Shown: positions 10,876 through 23,075 of the stretch, piece after piece
Position numbering within the stretch: the stretch's first letter is position 1
Layout: each line of letters opens with the position of its first letter
Notes under the pieces: model-generated
What the model was told of the DNA's origin: nothing
Databases searched by the model: none
Seen by the model: the letters and a program-made list of their open reading frames with translations, nothing else
Program-made: the position numbers and the translations under genes
Origin: Planctomycetota bacterium
GTDB taxonomy: Bacteria; Planctomycetota; MHYJ01; WSZJ01
Assembly (NCBI GenBank): GCA_038060895.1
Contig: JBBTCT010000009.1
Span: 176,082-240,081, forward strand
Length of the DNA: 64,000 nt
Reading direction: 5' to 3'

Positions 10876-11830
10876 AGCACCCGCGGGCCTCAAAGCAATA
10901 ACCGGGGCCGTACGCGCTGAACTGCACAAGGTGATCATCGGGCAGGACGACGCCCTGACGTGGATGATGCTGGCGGTGTTCCTCCGGGGCCACGTGCTCC
11001 TCGAAGGCGTCCCCGGCACCGCGAAGACGCTCGCCGTCCGCACGCTGGCGAAGACGCTTCATGCCTCGTTCCGCCGCGTCCAGTTCACACCCGACCTCAT
11101 GCCGAGCGACGTCACCGGAGTGCATATCTTCGACCTGCAGAAAAACGAGTTCACCCTTCGCAAGGGACCGATCTTCACCGACCTCCTCCTCGCCGACGAA
11201 ATCAACCGCACGCCGGCAAAAACCCAGGCGTCGCTTCTCGAAGCCATGCAGGAGCGGAGCGTCACGATCGACGGCGAGACGCACCAGCTGCCGTCCATCT
11301 TCACGGTGTTCGCGACGCAGAACCCGATCGAAATGGAAGGGACCTATCCGCTCCCCGAAGCCCAGACCGACCGGTTTCTCTTCAAAGTGTCGATCACCTA
11401 TCCCGCTCCGGCCGAGGAAGAGGCCGTCCTGCGCGCGTACCACGAGGGGCGCGAACCGCACGACATCGAGCGCGCGGGCGTGAGGGCGGTGCTCACGGCG
11501 GAGCAGGTGCTCGCGGCGAAGCGCCTGATCGATTCGGTCCAGGTGTCCGACGGGCTGATCACCTATGTCCGCAAGGTCGTCGCCGTGACGCGCGAGTCGC
11601 CCGACGTGCTCCTCGGCTGCGGCACGCGCGCAGGGATTCACCTGCTCCTTGCGGCGAAGGGGCTTGCGGCCATGGACGGCCGCGCGTTCATCCTGCCGGA
11701 CGACGTGAAGCGCGCCTCCGTTCCGGTCATGCGCCACCGCCTGATTCTCAACCCGGAGGCTGAAGTCGAAGGCCTGAAGCCGGAAAATGTCATCGAGCGC
11801 ATCCTTGCCAAGGTCGAGGTTCCGCGGTGA
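10859..11830 (+). CDS. MoxR family AAA+ ATPase
   Basis: GHVLLEGVPGTAKT, RVQFTPDLMPSD, LLADEINRTPAKTQASLLEAMQE, ATQNPIEMEGTYPLPEAQTDRF. Confidence 0.96.
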   Translation: MTIVNEAPAGLKAITGAVRAELHKVIIGQDDALTWMMLAVFLRGHVLLEGVPGTAKTLAVRTLAKTLHASFRRVQFTPDLMPSDVTGVHIFDLQKNEFTLRKGPIFTDLLLADEINRTPAKTQASLLEAMQERSVTIDGETHQLPSIFTVFATQNPIEMEGTYPLPEAQTDRFLFKVSITYPAPAEEEAVLRAYHEGREPHDIERAGVRAVLTAEQVLAAKRLIDSVQVSDGLITYVRKVVAVTRESPDVLLGCGTRAGIHLLLAAKGLAAMDGRAFILPDDVKRASVPVMRHRLILNPEAEVEGLKPENVIERILAKVEVPR

Positions 11831-13134
11831 GGCCGACGCCCCGATTCGTCGTGCTCTTCGCGCTGGGGCTCGTCCCGGCGGCGCTCGCGGTGCGCGGCGA
11901 CTTCTGGCTGTTCGTCGCGGCGGCGTGGGACGCGGCGCTGGTGCTGCTGCTTCTCGCGGAACGCTCCGCAGGGGTCCGGCACGGCTGGATCGAGGTCGAG
12001 CGGACGCTTCCCGACAAGATCTGTGTCGGCGAGCCGAACGCGTGCGCGCTGACGTTCCGGAATTTCGCTTTTCTGCCGCTTCGGGTTTCCGCGATCGAGG
12101 GATGGCCGTCGGAATTCGAAGCGGAGCCGTGGGAATTCCAGGTCAAGGTGGACGCGTACGGTTCCCAGACGGTGAAGTACGTTCTGCGGCCTGGCGGGCG
12201 GGGAGAGTTCGAACTGGGGCCGGTGCAGGTGCGCGTGCGGTCCCCGCTGGGGCTGATCGAAAAGCGGATGTCGTTCGGAACTCCGCTGAAAGTCCGGGTG
12301 TACCCGAACCTGAAAGACCTGCGCCGCTATGACCTGCTGTCGCGGCGGCGCCTGCTCTCGCAGCAGGGGATCCGCGCAGTGCGCCGCGTCGGCGAAGGGC
12401 GCGAGTTCGAGCGGCTGCGCGAATACTCGTCGGGCGACGAGCTTCGGACGATCGACTGGAAGGCGACCGCGCGCCGCCGCAAGCCGACCGTCCGCGTTCA
12501 CGAGACCGAGCGTGGCCAGAACGTCCTCATTCTCCTCGACGCCGGCCGCTTGATGGCCGCCGCGACGGGCGGACTGACCAAGCTCGATTTCGCGATCAAC
12601 GCCGCGCTCATGCTCGGTTACGTCGCGCTTCGCAACAACGACCGGGTCGGGCTCGCGGTGTTCTCGAGCGACGTCGAATCGTTCGCCCTTCCGCGCGCCG
12701 GCAAAGCCGCGCTCGCGCGGCTCATGGACGCCCTGGTGCCGCTTCAGCCCCGCCTGACCTTCTCGAACTACCGCGCCGTGATCGAATCCGTCCGCGCCAA
12801 GATGCGGCGGCGCGCGCTCGTCGTGATGTACACGGACCTGGCGGATCCCGAGGCGATGGAAGAGATCGTCGAGGTTTTCCCGGTGCTGCGCCGCAGCCAC
12901 CTGCCGATGTGTGTGTCGTTCCGGGATCCTGCGCTTCTCGAAATGGCCCACGCCCCGCCCGCGCGCGCCGCCCTGTACGAACACGTCGCCGCGATGGAGA
13001 TGGTCGCGGAACGCCGCAAGGCCCTCGGCGACCTGCGCGCGGCGGGAGTGAACATCGTCGATGTCCCGCCTGAGGAAATCGCCGTCGCGTCCGTGAATCG
13101 CTACCTCAGGCTCAAACGCATGCAGGCGATCTGA
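11827..13134 (+). CDS. DUF58 (VWA-like) protein
   Basis: VRVYP, EFERLREYSSGDELRTIDWKATARR, LLDAGRLM, DRVGL. Confidence 0.92.
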   Translation: MRPTPRFVVLFALGLVPAALAVRGDFWLFVAAAWDAALVLLLLAERSAGVRHGWIEVERTLPDKICVGEPNACALTFRNFAFLPLRVSAIEGWPSEFEAEPWEFQVKVDAYGSQTVKYVLRPGGRGEFELGPVQVRVRSPLGLIEKRMSFGTPLKVRVYPNLKDLRRYDLLSRRRLLSQQGIRAVRRVGEGREFERLREYSSGDELRTIDWKATARRRKPTVRVHETERGQNVLILLDAGRLMAAATGGLTKLDFAINAALMLGYVALRNNDRVGLAVFSSDVESFALPRAGKAALARLMDALVPLQPRLTFSNYRAVIESVRAKMRRRALVVMYTDLADPEAMEEIVEVFPVLRRSHLPMCVSFRDPALLEMAHAPPARAALYEHVAAMEMVAERRKALGDLRAAGVNIVDVPPEEIAVASVNRYLRLKRMQAI

Positions 13135-13136
13135 CC

Positions 13137-14114
13137 ATGGACCTCGACCGCTTCATCTCGCAACGGCAGGGCGCCTGGCGGCGCCTCGAGGCCACGCTTC
13201 AGCAAATCGAGCGAAGCGGCCTGGACACGCTGACGGTCGCGCGGCTTCGCGAGCTGGGGGCGCTCTACCGGCAGTCGTGCTCCGACCTCATCTACGCGCG
13301 GACCGTCCTCCAGAACGACGAGCTCGGGGACTTTTTGAACAAGCTTGTCGGCGACGCTTACGCGGCCATCTACCGGCGGTCGTGGCTGACGCCGGGAGCG
13401 GCGTGGACGTGGTTCGCAAGGGGATTGCCCGCCACGGTCCGGCGAAGCTGGGGGCCCGTTCTTGCCGCGTGGATCCTGCTGCTCGGAGGCACGGCGGCGG
13501 GGTTCTTCGGCACGCTCCGGGACAAGGAAGCGTTCTACTACATCGTTCCCAGCGAGTACCACCACGTTTACGCGAAGAAGGCCGACGATCCTCGCGAGGC
13601 GCGCTTCGGCAACAGCGTCACCATCGCGAAATCCCGCGACTTCGCCGCCATGCTTTTCACGCACAACATCAAGGTCTCGCTCACGGCCTTCGCGCTGGGC
13701 ACGAGCGGGGGAACGCTCACGTCCGTCATGATGGCTTACAACGGCGCGCTTCTCGGCAGCATCGCTGCCAATTACCACCGCTGGGACCAGGATCTCGAAT
13801 TCTGGGGACTCATCGTTCCCCACGCCGGGCTCGAACTCTCTTCCATTGCGCTCGCCGGCGCGGGCGGACTTATGCTCGGCTGGGGACTCATCCGGCCGGG
13901 GAGAAAGACGCGGGGCGAAGCGTTTTCCGATGCGGGGAAGGAAGCGGTGTCGCTCGCACTGGGCGCTGCGCCGTTCCTGGTCATCGCCGGTTTCATCGAG
14001 GCATTCGTGACGCCGTCGGATGCGATCGGGCCGACGGCCAAAGTCATTCTCGGGGTCATGACCGGCGCGGGAATGTGGATCCACCTGCTGCTGCCGAGGA
14101 GGACCGCTGCCTAG
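13137..14114 (+). CDS. stage II sporulation protein M (SpoIIM/DUF95) family membrane protein
   Basis: LYRQSCSDL, FTHNIKVS, YNGALLG, IVPHAGLELSSI, AGFIEAFVTP. Confidence 0.9.
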   Translation: MDLDRFISQRQGAWRRLEATLQQIERSGLDTLTVARLRELGALYRQSCSDLIYARTVLQNDELGDFLNKLVGDAYAAIYRRSWLTPGAAWTWFARGLPATVRRSWGPVLAAWILLLGGTAAGFFGTLRDKEAFYYIVPSEYHHVYAKKADDPREARFGNSVTIAKSRDFAAMLFTHNIKVSLTAFALGTSGGTLTSVMMAYNGALLGSIAANYHRWDQDLEFWGLIVPHAGLELSSIALAGAGGLMLGWGLIRPGRKTRGEAFSDAGKEAVSLALGAAPFLVIAGFIEAFVTPSDAIGPTAKVILGVMTGAGMWIHLLLPRRTAA

Positions 14115-14880
14115 CCCCTCCTGGATCGACCGCGTTCACGTCATCACGACCCCCGAGGCCGTCGATTTCGCGTACGACCTGGCGGGGGCCGGCCCGCGGA
14201 CGCTCGCGTGGCTGGTCGACGCGAGCATCATCGCGGTGCTGACGGTCGGCGCCGCGATCTTCGCCGCCGCCATCCGCGTCAACGCCATCGGCTTCGTCCT
14301 CGTCTTCGCCGTCCAGACCTGCTACTTCCTCGTGCTCGAGGCCTGGATGCACGGCCAGACGCCCGGCAAGAAAGTTTTCGGCATCCGCGTCATCGACGCA
14401 CGCGGCTTCCGCATCTCGTTCCTGCAGTCCGCCCTTCGCAACATCCTCCGCTTCGCCGACTCTCTCCCCGCGTTCTATCTCGTCGGCGGCGCCGTCTGCC
14501 TCTTCAACCGCCGCGGACTCCGCCTCGGCGATCTCGCGGCCGGGACCATCGTGATCCGCATCCCGACCGTGCCTTCTCCCGAGCGGCTGCTTCCCGCGGG
14601 GCAGCGAAGCGACGCTCTTCTCGGCGATTTCGCCCTCGGCGAGCGCGTCCGGCGGGTGCTGAGATCACCGGAAAAGGACCTGCTGGTGTCTCTGGCGATC
14701 CGGCGCGAGCGGCTCGAGCCGCGTCCTCGAAGCGAAGTCTTCGAGGCGGCGGCGGCCTGGTTTGCCGGCCGCCTGGAGATTCCGAAACCTCCCACCATGA
14801 GCGCCGAAACATATATCCTCAATCTCGCCGCTATTGCGCATTCTCCGCAGCGGCGAACCCAACCCCCGAAAGCGAGGTGA
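14107..14880 (+). CDS. RDD family protein (probable CTG start)
   Basis: ITTPEAVDFAYDLAG..RTLAWLVD, GQTPGKKVFGIRV, RNILRFAD, RLGDLAAGTIVI; GAGGAGG precedes CTG 14107. Confidence 0.85.
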   Translation: MPSPSWIDRVHVITTPEAVDFAYDLAGAGPRTLAWLVDASIIAVLTVGAAIFAAAIRVNAIGFVLVFAVQTCYFLVLEAWMHGQTPGKKVFGIRVIDARGFRISFLQSALRNILRFADSLPAFYLVGGAVCLFNRRGLRLGDLAAGTIVIRIPTVPSPERLLPAGQRSDALLGDFALGERVRRVLRSPEKDLLVSLAIRRERLEPRPRSEVFEAAAAWFAGRLEIPKPPTMSAETYILNLAAIAHSPQRRTQPPKAR

Positions 14881-14882
14881 AC

Positions 14883-15287
14883 ATGCCCGGTCCGTGCACG
14901 AATCACCCGATGACGGAAGCCACCAAGACCTGCGCCGGCTGCCGGCGGCCGTTCTGCGACGCCTGCGTCGTGGAACTCGGCGGCTGGACCTACTGCGGCG
15001 TCTGCAAGAACGCTGCGGTCGCTTCTTCACAGTCCGTCCAGGAATTCAAGCAGCCGAAACAGGCGCTGACCTACGCGATCGTCGGGATCTTCTGCTTCGG
15101 GATTATCCTGGAGCCGATTGCGATCTGGAAAGGGATCGACGCGCTGAACCAGATCAAGCGGAACCCGCAGCTGCCCGGTCACGGAATGGCGGTGGCGGCG
15201 ATCATCATCGGCGGGCTCTTCCTTCTCCTCAACATCGCCTACCTCGGGCTCGTCCTGACCGGCGGACTTGCGGGAATGACGAGGTAG
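14883..15287 (+). CDS. B-box-like zinc finger plus DUF4190-like membrane domain
   Basis: CTNH-x8-CAGC-x4-CDAC-x9-CGVC; AIWKGIDALNQIK..GHGMAVAAIIIG; GAGG RBS. Confidence 0.85.
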   Translation: MPGPCTNHPMTEATKTCAGCRRPFCDACVVELGGWTYCGVCKNAAVASSQSVQEFKQPKQALTYAIVGIFCFGIILEPIAIWKGIDALNQIKRNPQLPGHGMAVAAIIIGGLFLLLNIAYLGLVLTGGLAGMTR

Positions 15288-15297
15288 AAGCGAAACG

Positions 15298-15891
15298 GTG
15301 AAGGGTTCCTGTCCATTCTGCGGAAGCGTCTTCGATGTGGATCAACCTGCGTTGACGCGGGTGTGCTCTTCGTGTCGAAACGTGGTGCGCGTTTTCCAGG
15401 TTGAAGCTCCGCCGATGCTTCCGATTGTGGCGGCGGCCGTCGCGCCTGCGGCGGTGGAGGGGGGCGGCCCGGTTCAGGCGCCACCCTGTGCGCGCCACCC
15501 TGCGAACGCTGCCGTGACGGCCTGCAACCGCTGCGGCGACTTCGTGTGCAGCGTTTGCGCGACGCCGGTGGAAGGCGCCGTTCTCTGCGTGCGCTGCTTC
15601 GAGTTCAAGCACGGCCAGGGGGAGTTGTACTCGCAGAAATCCGGATTTCGCCTGCCGCAGACCAGCCGGAATTGCGGGATCGGGGCGATCATCCTCTTCT
15701 GGTTCTGCGGCCTGGGCGGCATTCTCGGCATCTCGGCGATCGTGACGGGCATTCTGGCGATCCGCCACATTCGCCGGCAGCCGGGTCTCCCCGGCGAGAA
15801 GACAGCGCTTTCCGGCATCATCATGGGCTCGGTTGGAACGATTGCGACCGTGGCCTTCATCCTCTGGTCAGTCCTCTCGAGCAATCCCTGA
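15298..15891 (+). CDS. zinc ribbon plus B-box-like finger plus DUF4190-like membrane domain
   Basis: CPFC..CSSC; CARH-x8-CNRC-x4-CSVC-x9-CVRC; AIVTGILAIRHIR..GEKTALSGIIMG. Confidence 0.82.
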   Translation: MKGSCPFCGSVFDVDQPALTRVCSSCRNVVRVFQVEAPPMLPIVAAAVAPAAVEGGGPVQAPPCARHPANAAVTACNRCGDFVCSVCATPVEGAVLCVRCFEFKHGQGELYSQKSGFRLPQTSRNCGIGAIILFWFCGLGGILGISAIVTGILAIRHIRRQPGLPGEKTALSGIIMGSVGTIATVAFILWSVLSSNP

Positions 15892-16565
15892 TGCTCAACC
15901 CACCCACATTCGGGTTGCCCGTGACGGTCCCGGAGGGCGGTCTGCTCCGGCGCGGGCGCTGGTCCCTTTACCCGGACCGCCTCACACGCGAGTCCCAGGA
16001 ATTCCTCTGGGGATACTCGCCGGACTCCAACGTCATGCTCGGCGACGTCCGCCTCATCTACGTCTACCACCGCGCCCGGCCGCTCAACCTCCTCTGGGGG
16101 CTGTTCGGCATCCCGTTTCTCCTGGTCGCGGTCGCCATCGCCAGCGACAGCCGCGATGCCAACTCCATCGGCGTCGCGATCTTCGCTTCCATCGGACTCG
16201 GCATCATTCTCCTCGCCTGCGTCCTGGGCTTCCTGCGGCGGCCTCACGTCACGATCCAGACCTCCCGTGAAACCGTGTCGATCGGCATGGACCGTCCCTG
16301 GTGGTCCGGCTCAAGGCGGCGGGTGTTCTTCAACGGCCTCGCACAGATCCTGGGGGTTCCCGACCTGCTTCCGGGGGGCGGAGTGAGACGCCCCACCGTG
16401 CCGCGGCCGGGAGTCATTCCCGGAAGCGTCCCCGCCGCGCCTCAGCCTCCGCAAGCGCCAATGCCCCACGCGGCGACAGACGCCGAGGTCAATTTCTGGG
16501 AGCGACCCGCGCCGCCTCCTCCTCCGGTCCCGCCGGCCGCTGATGGGACAACAGGGGCTGTGTGA
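15891..16565 (+). CDS. hypothetical membrane protein (2 TM, Pro-rich tail)
   Basis: TGATG coupling to the previous gene; two hydrophobic helices. Confidence 0.7.
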   Translation: MLNPPTFGLPVTVPEGGLLRRGRWSLYPDRLTRESQEFLWGYSPDSNVMLGDVRLIYVYHRARPLNLLWGLFGIPFLLVAVAIASDSRDANSIGVAIFASIGLGIILLACVLGFLRRPHVTIQTSRETVSIGMDRPWWSGSRRRVFFNGLAQILGVPDLLPGGGVRRPTVPRPGVIPGSVPAAPQPPQAPMPHAATDAEVNFWERPAPPPPPVPPAADGTTGAV

Positions 16566-16699
16566 CTCTCGAATCGTGAAGAGAGCCTCGCGAGTCGGGC
16601 GAAGTCGGCCGGATCAGCACATGTCTCTCATACCGTTTTCTGGCCGACGCAGCCTGACTTGCGAGGTTCTCTTCACGATTCGAGAGGCGCACAGCCCGG

Positions 16700-16728
16700 T
16701 TGACGCCCGCCCGCGCTTCCCTCAGAGT
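16700..16728 (+). promoter_or_regulatory. sigma-70-type promoter of uvrA
   Basis: TTGACG-N17-CAGAGT, 8 nt before the ATG, no SD. Confidence 0.5.
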
Positions 16729-16736
16729 GGCGCGCC

Positions 16737-19586
<2,850 letters not shown>

Positions 19587-19589
19587 CCT

Positions 19590-19680
19590 CAAACCCGAAA
19601 CGCGCCACCCAGGACCCCACCCGGAACTCCGAACCCGGAACCCGGAACTCAACCTCCGGAACTCCAAACCCCCAACTCCC
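19590..19680. repeat. degenerate 7-nt tandem repeat (CCCGGAA-like)
   Basis: cccggaa ctccgaa cccggaa cccggaa ... tccggaa ctccaaa cccccaa, intergenic. Confidence 0.75.
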
Positions 19681-19729
19681 TTTTCTTTCGCTGACACTCC
19701 CTCTTCGTATGGATACCATTCGCCCCCTC

Positions 19730-20164
19730 ATGCTTCCTGACTCCGTCGCCAAGCGCGATCTCCTCTGGGCCGAGCACAAAACTCCGCCGAACTACGCTGC
19801 GTACGGTGACCAGTTTCTCAAAGAGGGGTGGCTTGCGGACGCGGCGGAATTCTTCGGGCGCGCGGACAGCGAAGCGAAACTCAGGGAAGTCCTGAAACTG
19901 GCCGTGCGCGAAGGCGACGCTTCGCTCGTGGGGCGCCTGGCGCAGATCCGCGCGGGGCTCGTCGCAGTGCCGGATTGGAGCGAGTGCGCGCGCGAAGCGG
20001 AGCGGCTCGAGAAGTGGTCGTACGCGCGGGTGGCATGGGAAAAGGCGGGCGACGCGGAAAAGGCGGCGGGGGCCCGTGCCAGGGCGCTCGTCGCGCTCGG
20101 CTACACGATTCAAAAGGCGGTCACGAATGAAAGCGGCGCTCCAGGAAATAATCCAGCACCTTAA
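19730..20164 (+). CDS. small helical-repeat (TPR-like) hypothetical protein
   Basis: CTGACA-N17-TACCAT upstream; all-helical pattern; alternative ATG at 19709. Confidence 0.7.
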   Translation: MLPDSVAKRDLLWAEHKTPPNYAAYGDQFLKEGWLADAAEFFGRADSEAKLREVLKLAVREGDASLVGRLAQIRAGLVAVPDWSECAREAERLEKWSYARVAWEKAGDAEKAAGARARALVALGYTIQKAVTNESGAPGNNPAP

Positions 20165-21560
20165 GAAGAAGAAGGTGGATTACGCCGACGCGCGGTATGT
20201 GGACTCCGACGAAGAGACGGTCGGCGCGCGCAACGGGGTTCTCGAGGTGAATTCGCGCTCGCGCAGCCGCGGCATCGGCGTGCGCGTCCTTTGGAACGGT
20301 TCCTGGGGTTTTGCGGCGACCGACGATCTCGCGGATCTGGGCGTCGCCGACCGGGCTCTCGCCGTCGCGCAGGCCACCGCGCGCGCTTCCGCGGCGCCGG
20401 CGCGCCTCGCGGATGTCGAGCCCGCGAAGGCCTCCTGGAAGACGCCGTGCAGGATCGACCCGTTCACGGTCCCGCTCGCGAAGAAAGTCGCGCTTCTCAC
20501 CTCCGTTTCCGAATCGCTGAAAAAGGGAAAGAGGATCGTCTCGGCGAACGCGGTGTACACGGCGTACAAGACCCGCAAGATCTTCGCCTCCTCCGAAGGC
20601 GCCCTCATCGAGCAGGAGATCATCGAGTGCGGGGCGGGCGCGGTCGCGACGGCGGCGGCCAACGGCATCGTGCAGTCGCGCAGCTACCCGAATTCGCACC
20701 GTGGGGACTTCGTGACCGGCGGGTGGGAGCACATCGAGGCCATGAAACTGGCCGACCACGTCGAGGAGGTGCGCGACGAGGCGGAACAGCTGCTCGACGC
20801 GCCGGATCTGCCCGAAGGAACCTACGACCTGATCCTCTGGGGCCCGCAGCTGTCGCTTCAGATCCACGAATCCTGCGGCCACCCGATCGAGCTGGACCGG
20901 GTGCTCGGGACGGAGCAGTCGCTCGCCGGCGGTTCGTTCCTGCAACCGGACAAGCTCGGCAAGTTCAAGTACGGAAGCGAGTACGTCACGATCTCGCTCG
21001 ACGGGACGATCCCGGGCGGGCTGGGGTCGTACGGCTACGACGACGAGGGCGTGCCGACGGCACGCGGGCCGGTGATCGACGGCGGCGTTTTCGTCGGGTA
21101 TCTCACCAGCCGCGAGACCTCCGCGAAAATGAAACTGAAACCGAACGGCGCCATGCGCGCCGACTCGTGGTCGCGCATCCCGCTCATCCGCATGATGAAC
21201 ATCTCGCTCGAGCCCGGGAACTGGGAGGCCGACGAGCTCCTGGCCGACTCGAACGGCGCGATTCTCTGCGACATCAACAAGTCCTGGTCCATCGACGACC
21301 GCCGACTCAATTTCCAGTTTGGCTGCGAAGCGGCGTGGCAGATCAAGAACGGCAAGAAGGGGAAGCTCTTCCGCAACCCCATGTACTCCGGCATGACCCC
21401 GCAGTTCTGGAACGCCTGCGACGCGGTCTGCTCGAAGCCTCATTGGCGTGTCTGGGGTGTTGCGAATTGCGGGAAGGGCGTGCCGGGGCAGACCGCGCGC
21501 GTGGGGCACGGCGCGGCGCCTTCGAGATTCCGCGGGATCAAGATGGGAGCGTCCAGGTAA
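20127..21560 (+). CDS. tldD: TldD family metalloprotease
   Basis: GIGVRVLWNGSWGFA, IHESCGHPIELDR (HExxxH), GSYGYDDEG, PLIRMMNISLEPG, NCGKG. Confidence 0.93.
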   Translation: MKAALQEIIQHLKKKKVDYADARYVDSDEETVGARNGVLEVNSRSRSRGIGVRVLWNGSWGFAATDDLADLGVADRALAVAQATARASAAPARLADVEPAKASWKTPCRIDPFTVPLAKKVALLTSVSESLKKGKRIVSANAVYTAYKTRKIFASSEGALIEQEIIECGAGAVATAAANGIVQSRSYPNSHRGDFVTGGWEHIEAMKLADHVEEVRDEAEQLLDAPDLPEGTYDLILWGPQLSLQIHESCGHPIELDRVLGTEQSLAGGSFLQPDKLGKFKYGSEYVTISLDGTIPGGLGSYGYDDEGVPTARGPVIDGGVFVGYLTSRETSAKMKLKPNGAMRADSWSRIPLIRMMNISLEPGNWEADELLADSNGAILCDINKSWSIDDRRLNFQFGCEAAWQIKNGKKGKLFRNPMYSGMTPQFWNACDAVCSKPHWRVWGVANCGKGVPGQTARVGHGAAPSRFRGIKMGASR

Positions 21561-23002
21561 TGAAACGCGTTACAAAAAAGCCGGCCAGGCGGGCAAGCAA
21601 GGGAGCGGGCAAGCGGGCGGGCGGGCAGGCGGGCCCTGCCATCTCACCCGTCGCCTCCCGGGAAAAGGTGCTTTCGGCGCTTCGCGAAGCCTTGAAGTCT
21701 GCTGGCGGCGAGGCGGAGCTGGTCTACATCGCCCACGACAGCGGCACGACCCGCTTCGCCGCAAGCGGCATTCACCAGAACATGAGTGAGCGGGGCGTCA
21801 GCGTTTCCGCGCGGGTTGCCGTCGGGAAGAAACTCGGCGTCGCTTCCGTGAATTCCCTCGCGAAGGGCGAACTCGTCGCGGCGCTGAAGCGGGCCCGTGA
21901 AATCGCGAATTCGTCGAAGCCGCTGGCGGAGTTCCCGGGATTTCCGGGGCCGCAGACGTACGGCCCGGCGCCCCACCCGGACCCGGCGATCGTCGGGCAG
22001 GCGCCCGCCGAGCGGGCCGATGCGCTCAAGCCGCTCTTTGCGGCCGCGACGAAATCAAGAACAGAGCTTCATGGCGCGCTCATCGCCCGCACCACCCAGC
22101 TCGCGGTTGCCAATACGTCCGGCCTCACCGCATTTCACGAGGGGACCCTCGCGGACGCGCAATTCATCGCGATGGACGCAGGAATTGGCGGAAGCGGCTA
22201 CAGCGCGGACGCCGCCCCGCGATGGGATGGCATTGACCTTCCGACGCTCGCGGACATGGCGATCCGGAAGTGCGTGGACAGCAGGAAACCGCGCGACCTG
22301 GACCCGGGAACTTACGAAGTGATCCTGGAACCCGCGGCGGTCGCCGAGATCTTTTCGTGGCTTCCGTGGATTGCGTTCACCGGCCGTTCCGTCGAGGACG
22401 GGCAGTCCTTCCTCAAGGACAAGTTCGGGCAGATGGTCGCCACGGACGCCGTCACGATCTACGACGACGGCCTGGACTCCGAGGGCATTCCTCTCCCGTT
22501 CGACTTCGAGGGCCGTCCGAAAAAGTCGGTCTACTTCATCGACCGGGGCGTCGCGCGCGAGGTTGCCCACGACGTCGTCAGCGCCGCCAATGCCAAGGCT
22601 CGACCGACCGGTCACGCGCCGTTTCCCGGGATGGGCGTCACCGCCATGCCGCTCAACCTCTTCGTCGCGCCCGGCATGTCGAGCGTCGAGGAAATGATCG
22701 CCCAGACCCATCGCGGCGTCCTCGTGACCCGCTTCCACTATCTCAACGGGCTCCTCAACCCGCCGATCGCCCTGTTCACCGGGATGACCCGCGACGGCGC
22801 CTTCTGGGTCGAAGACGGAAAAGTCCGTCATCCCATCAAGAACATGCGCTTCACGCAATCCATCGCCAAGGCTCTTCACGGCGCGGAGCTCGTCGGCCGC
22901 GACCGCACGATCACCCCGAACACGTGGGCGTCGTTCGGAAGCGCCTGCGTGCCCGCGATGAAGTTCCGGGAGTGGGTGTTCAGTTCCAAGACGGAATTCT
23001 GA
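21560..23002 (+). CDS. pmbA: TldE/PmbA family protein
   Basis: TRFAASGIHQN, LDPGTYEVILEPAAV, PFDFEG, TGMTRDG; no HExxxH; TAATG coupling. Confidence 0.85.
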   Translation: MKRVTKKPARRASKGAGKRAGGQAGPAISPVASREKVLSALREALKSAGGEAELVYIAHDSGTTRFAASGIHQNMSERGVSVSARVAVGKKLGVASVNSLAKGELVAALKRAREIANSSKPLAEFPGFPGPQTYGPAPHPDPAIVGQAPAERADALKPLFAAATKSRTELHGALIARTTQLAVANTSGLTAFHEGTLADAQFIAMDAGIGGSGYSADAAPRWDGIDLPTLADMAIRKCVDSRKPRDLDPGTYEVILEPAAVAEIFSWLPWIAFTGRSVEDGQSFLKDKFGQMVATDAVTIYDDGLDSEGIPLPFDFEGRPKKSVYFIDRGVAREVAHDVVSAANAKARPTGHAPFPGMGVTAMPLNLFVAPGMSSVEEMIAQTHRGVLVTRFHYLNGLLNPPIALFTGMTRDGAFWVEDGKVRHPIKNMRFTQSIAKALHGAELVGRDRTITPNTWASFGSACVPAMKFREWVFSSKTEF

Positions 23003-23075
23003 TCGCGCGAAAAAAGCGAGCGTCATCGCGCGCTCGGATGAGGCGACGGAGACTTACGATGAGAATCGGCCTCGA

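Noticed and set aside
16566-16736. LexA/SOS box upstream of uvrA
   Set aside because: No convincing match to LexA motifs I know
20291-23002. 903-aa ORF as a TldD-TldE fusion
   Set aside because: The first 423 codons are an off-frame overlap with tldD; the real gene starts at ATG 21560
20127-23002. TldD/E as part of a RiPP cluster
   Set aside because: No precursor peptide, YcaO or transporter nearby
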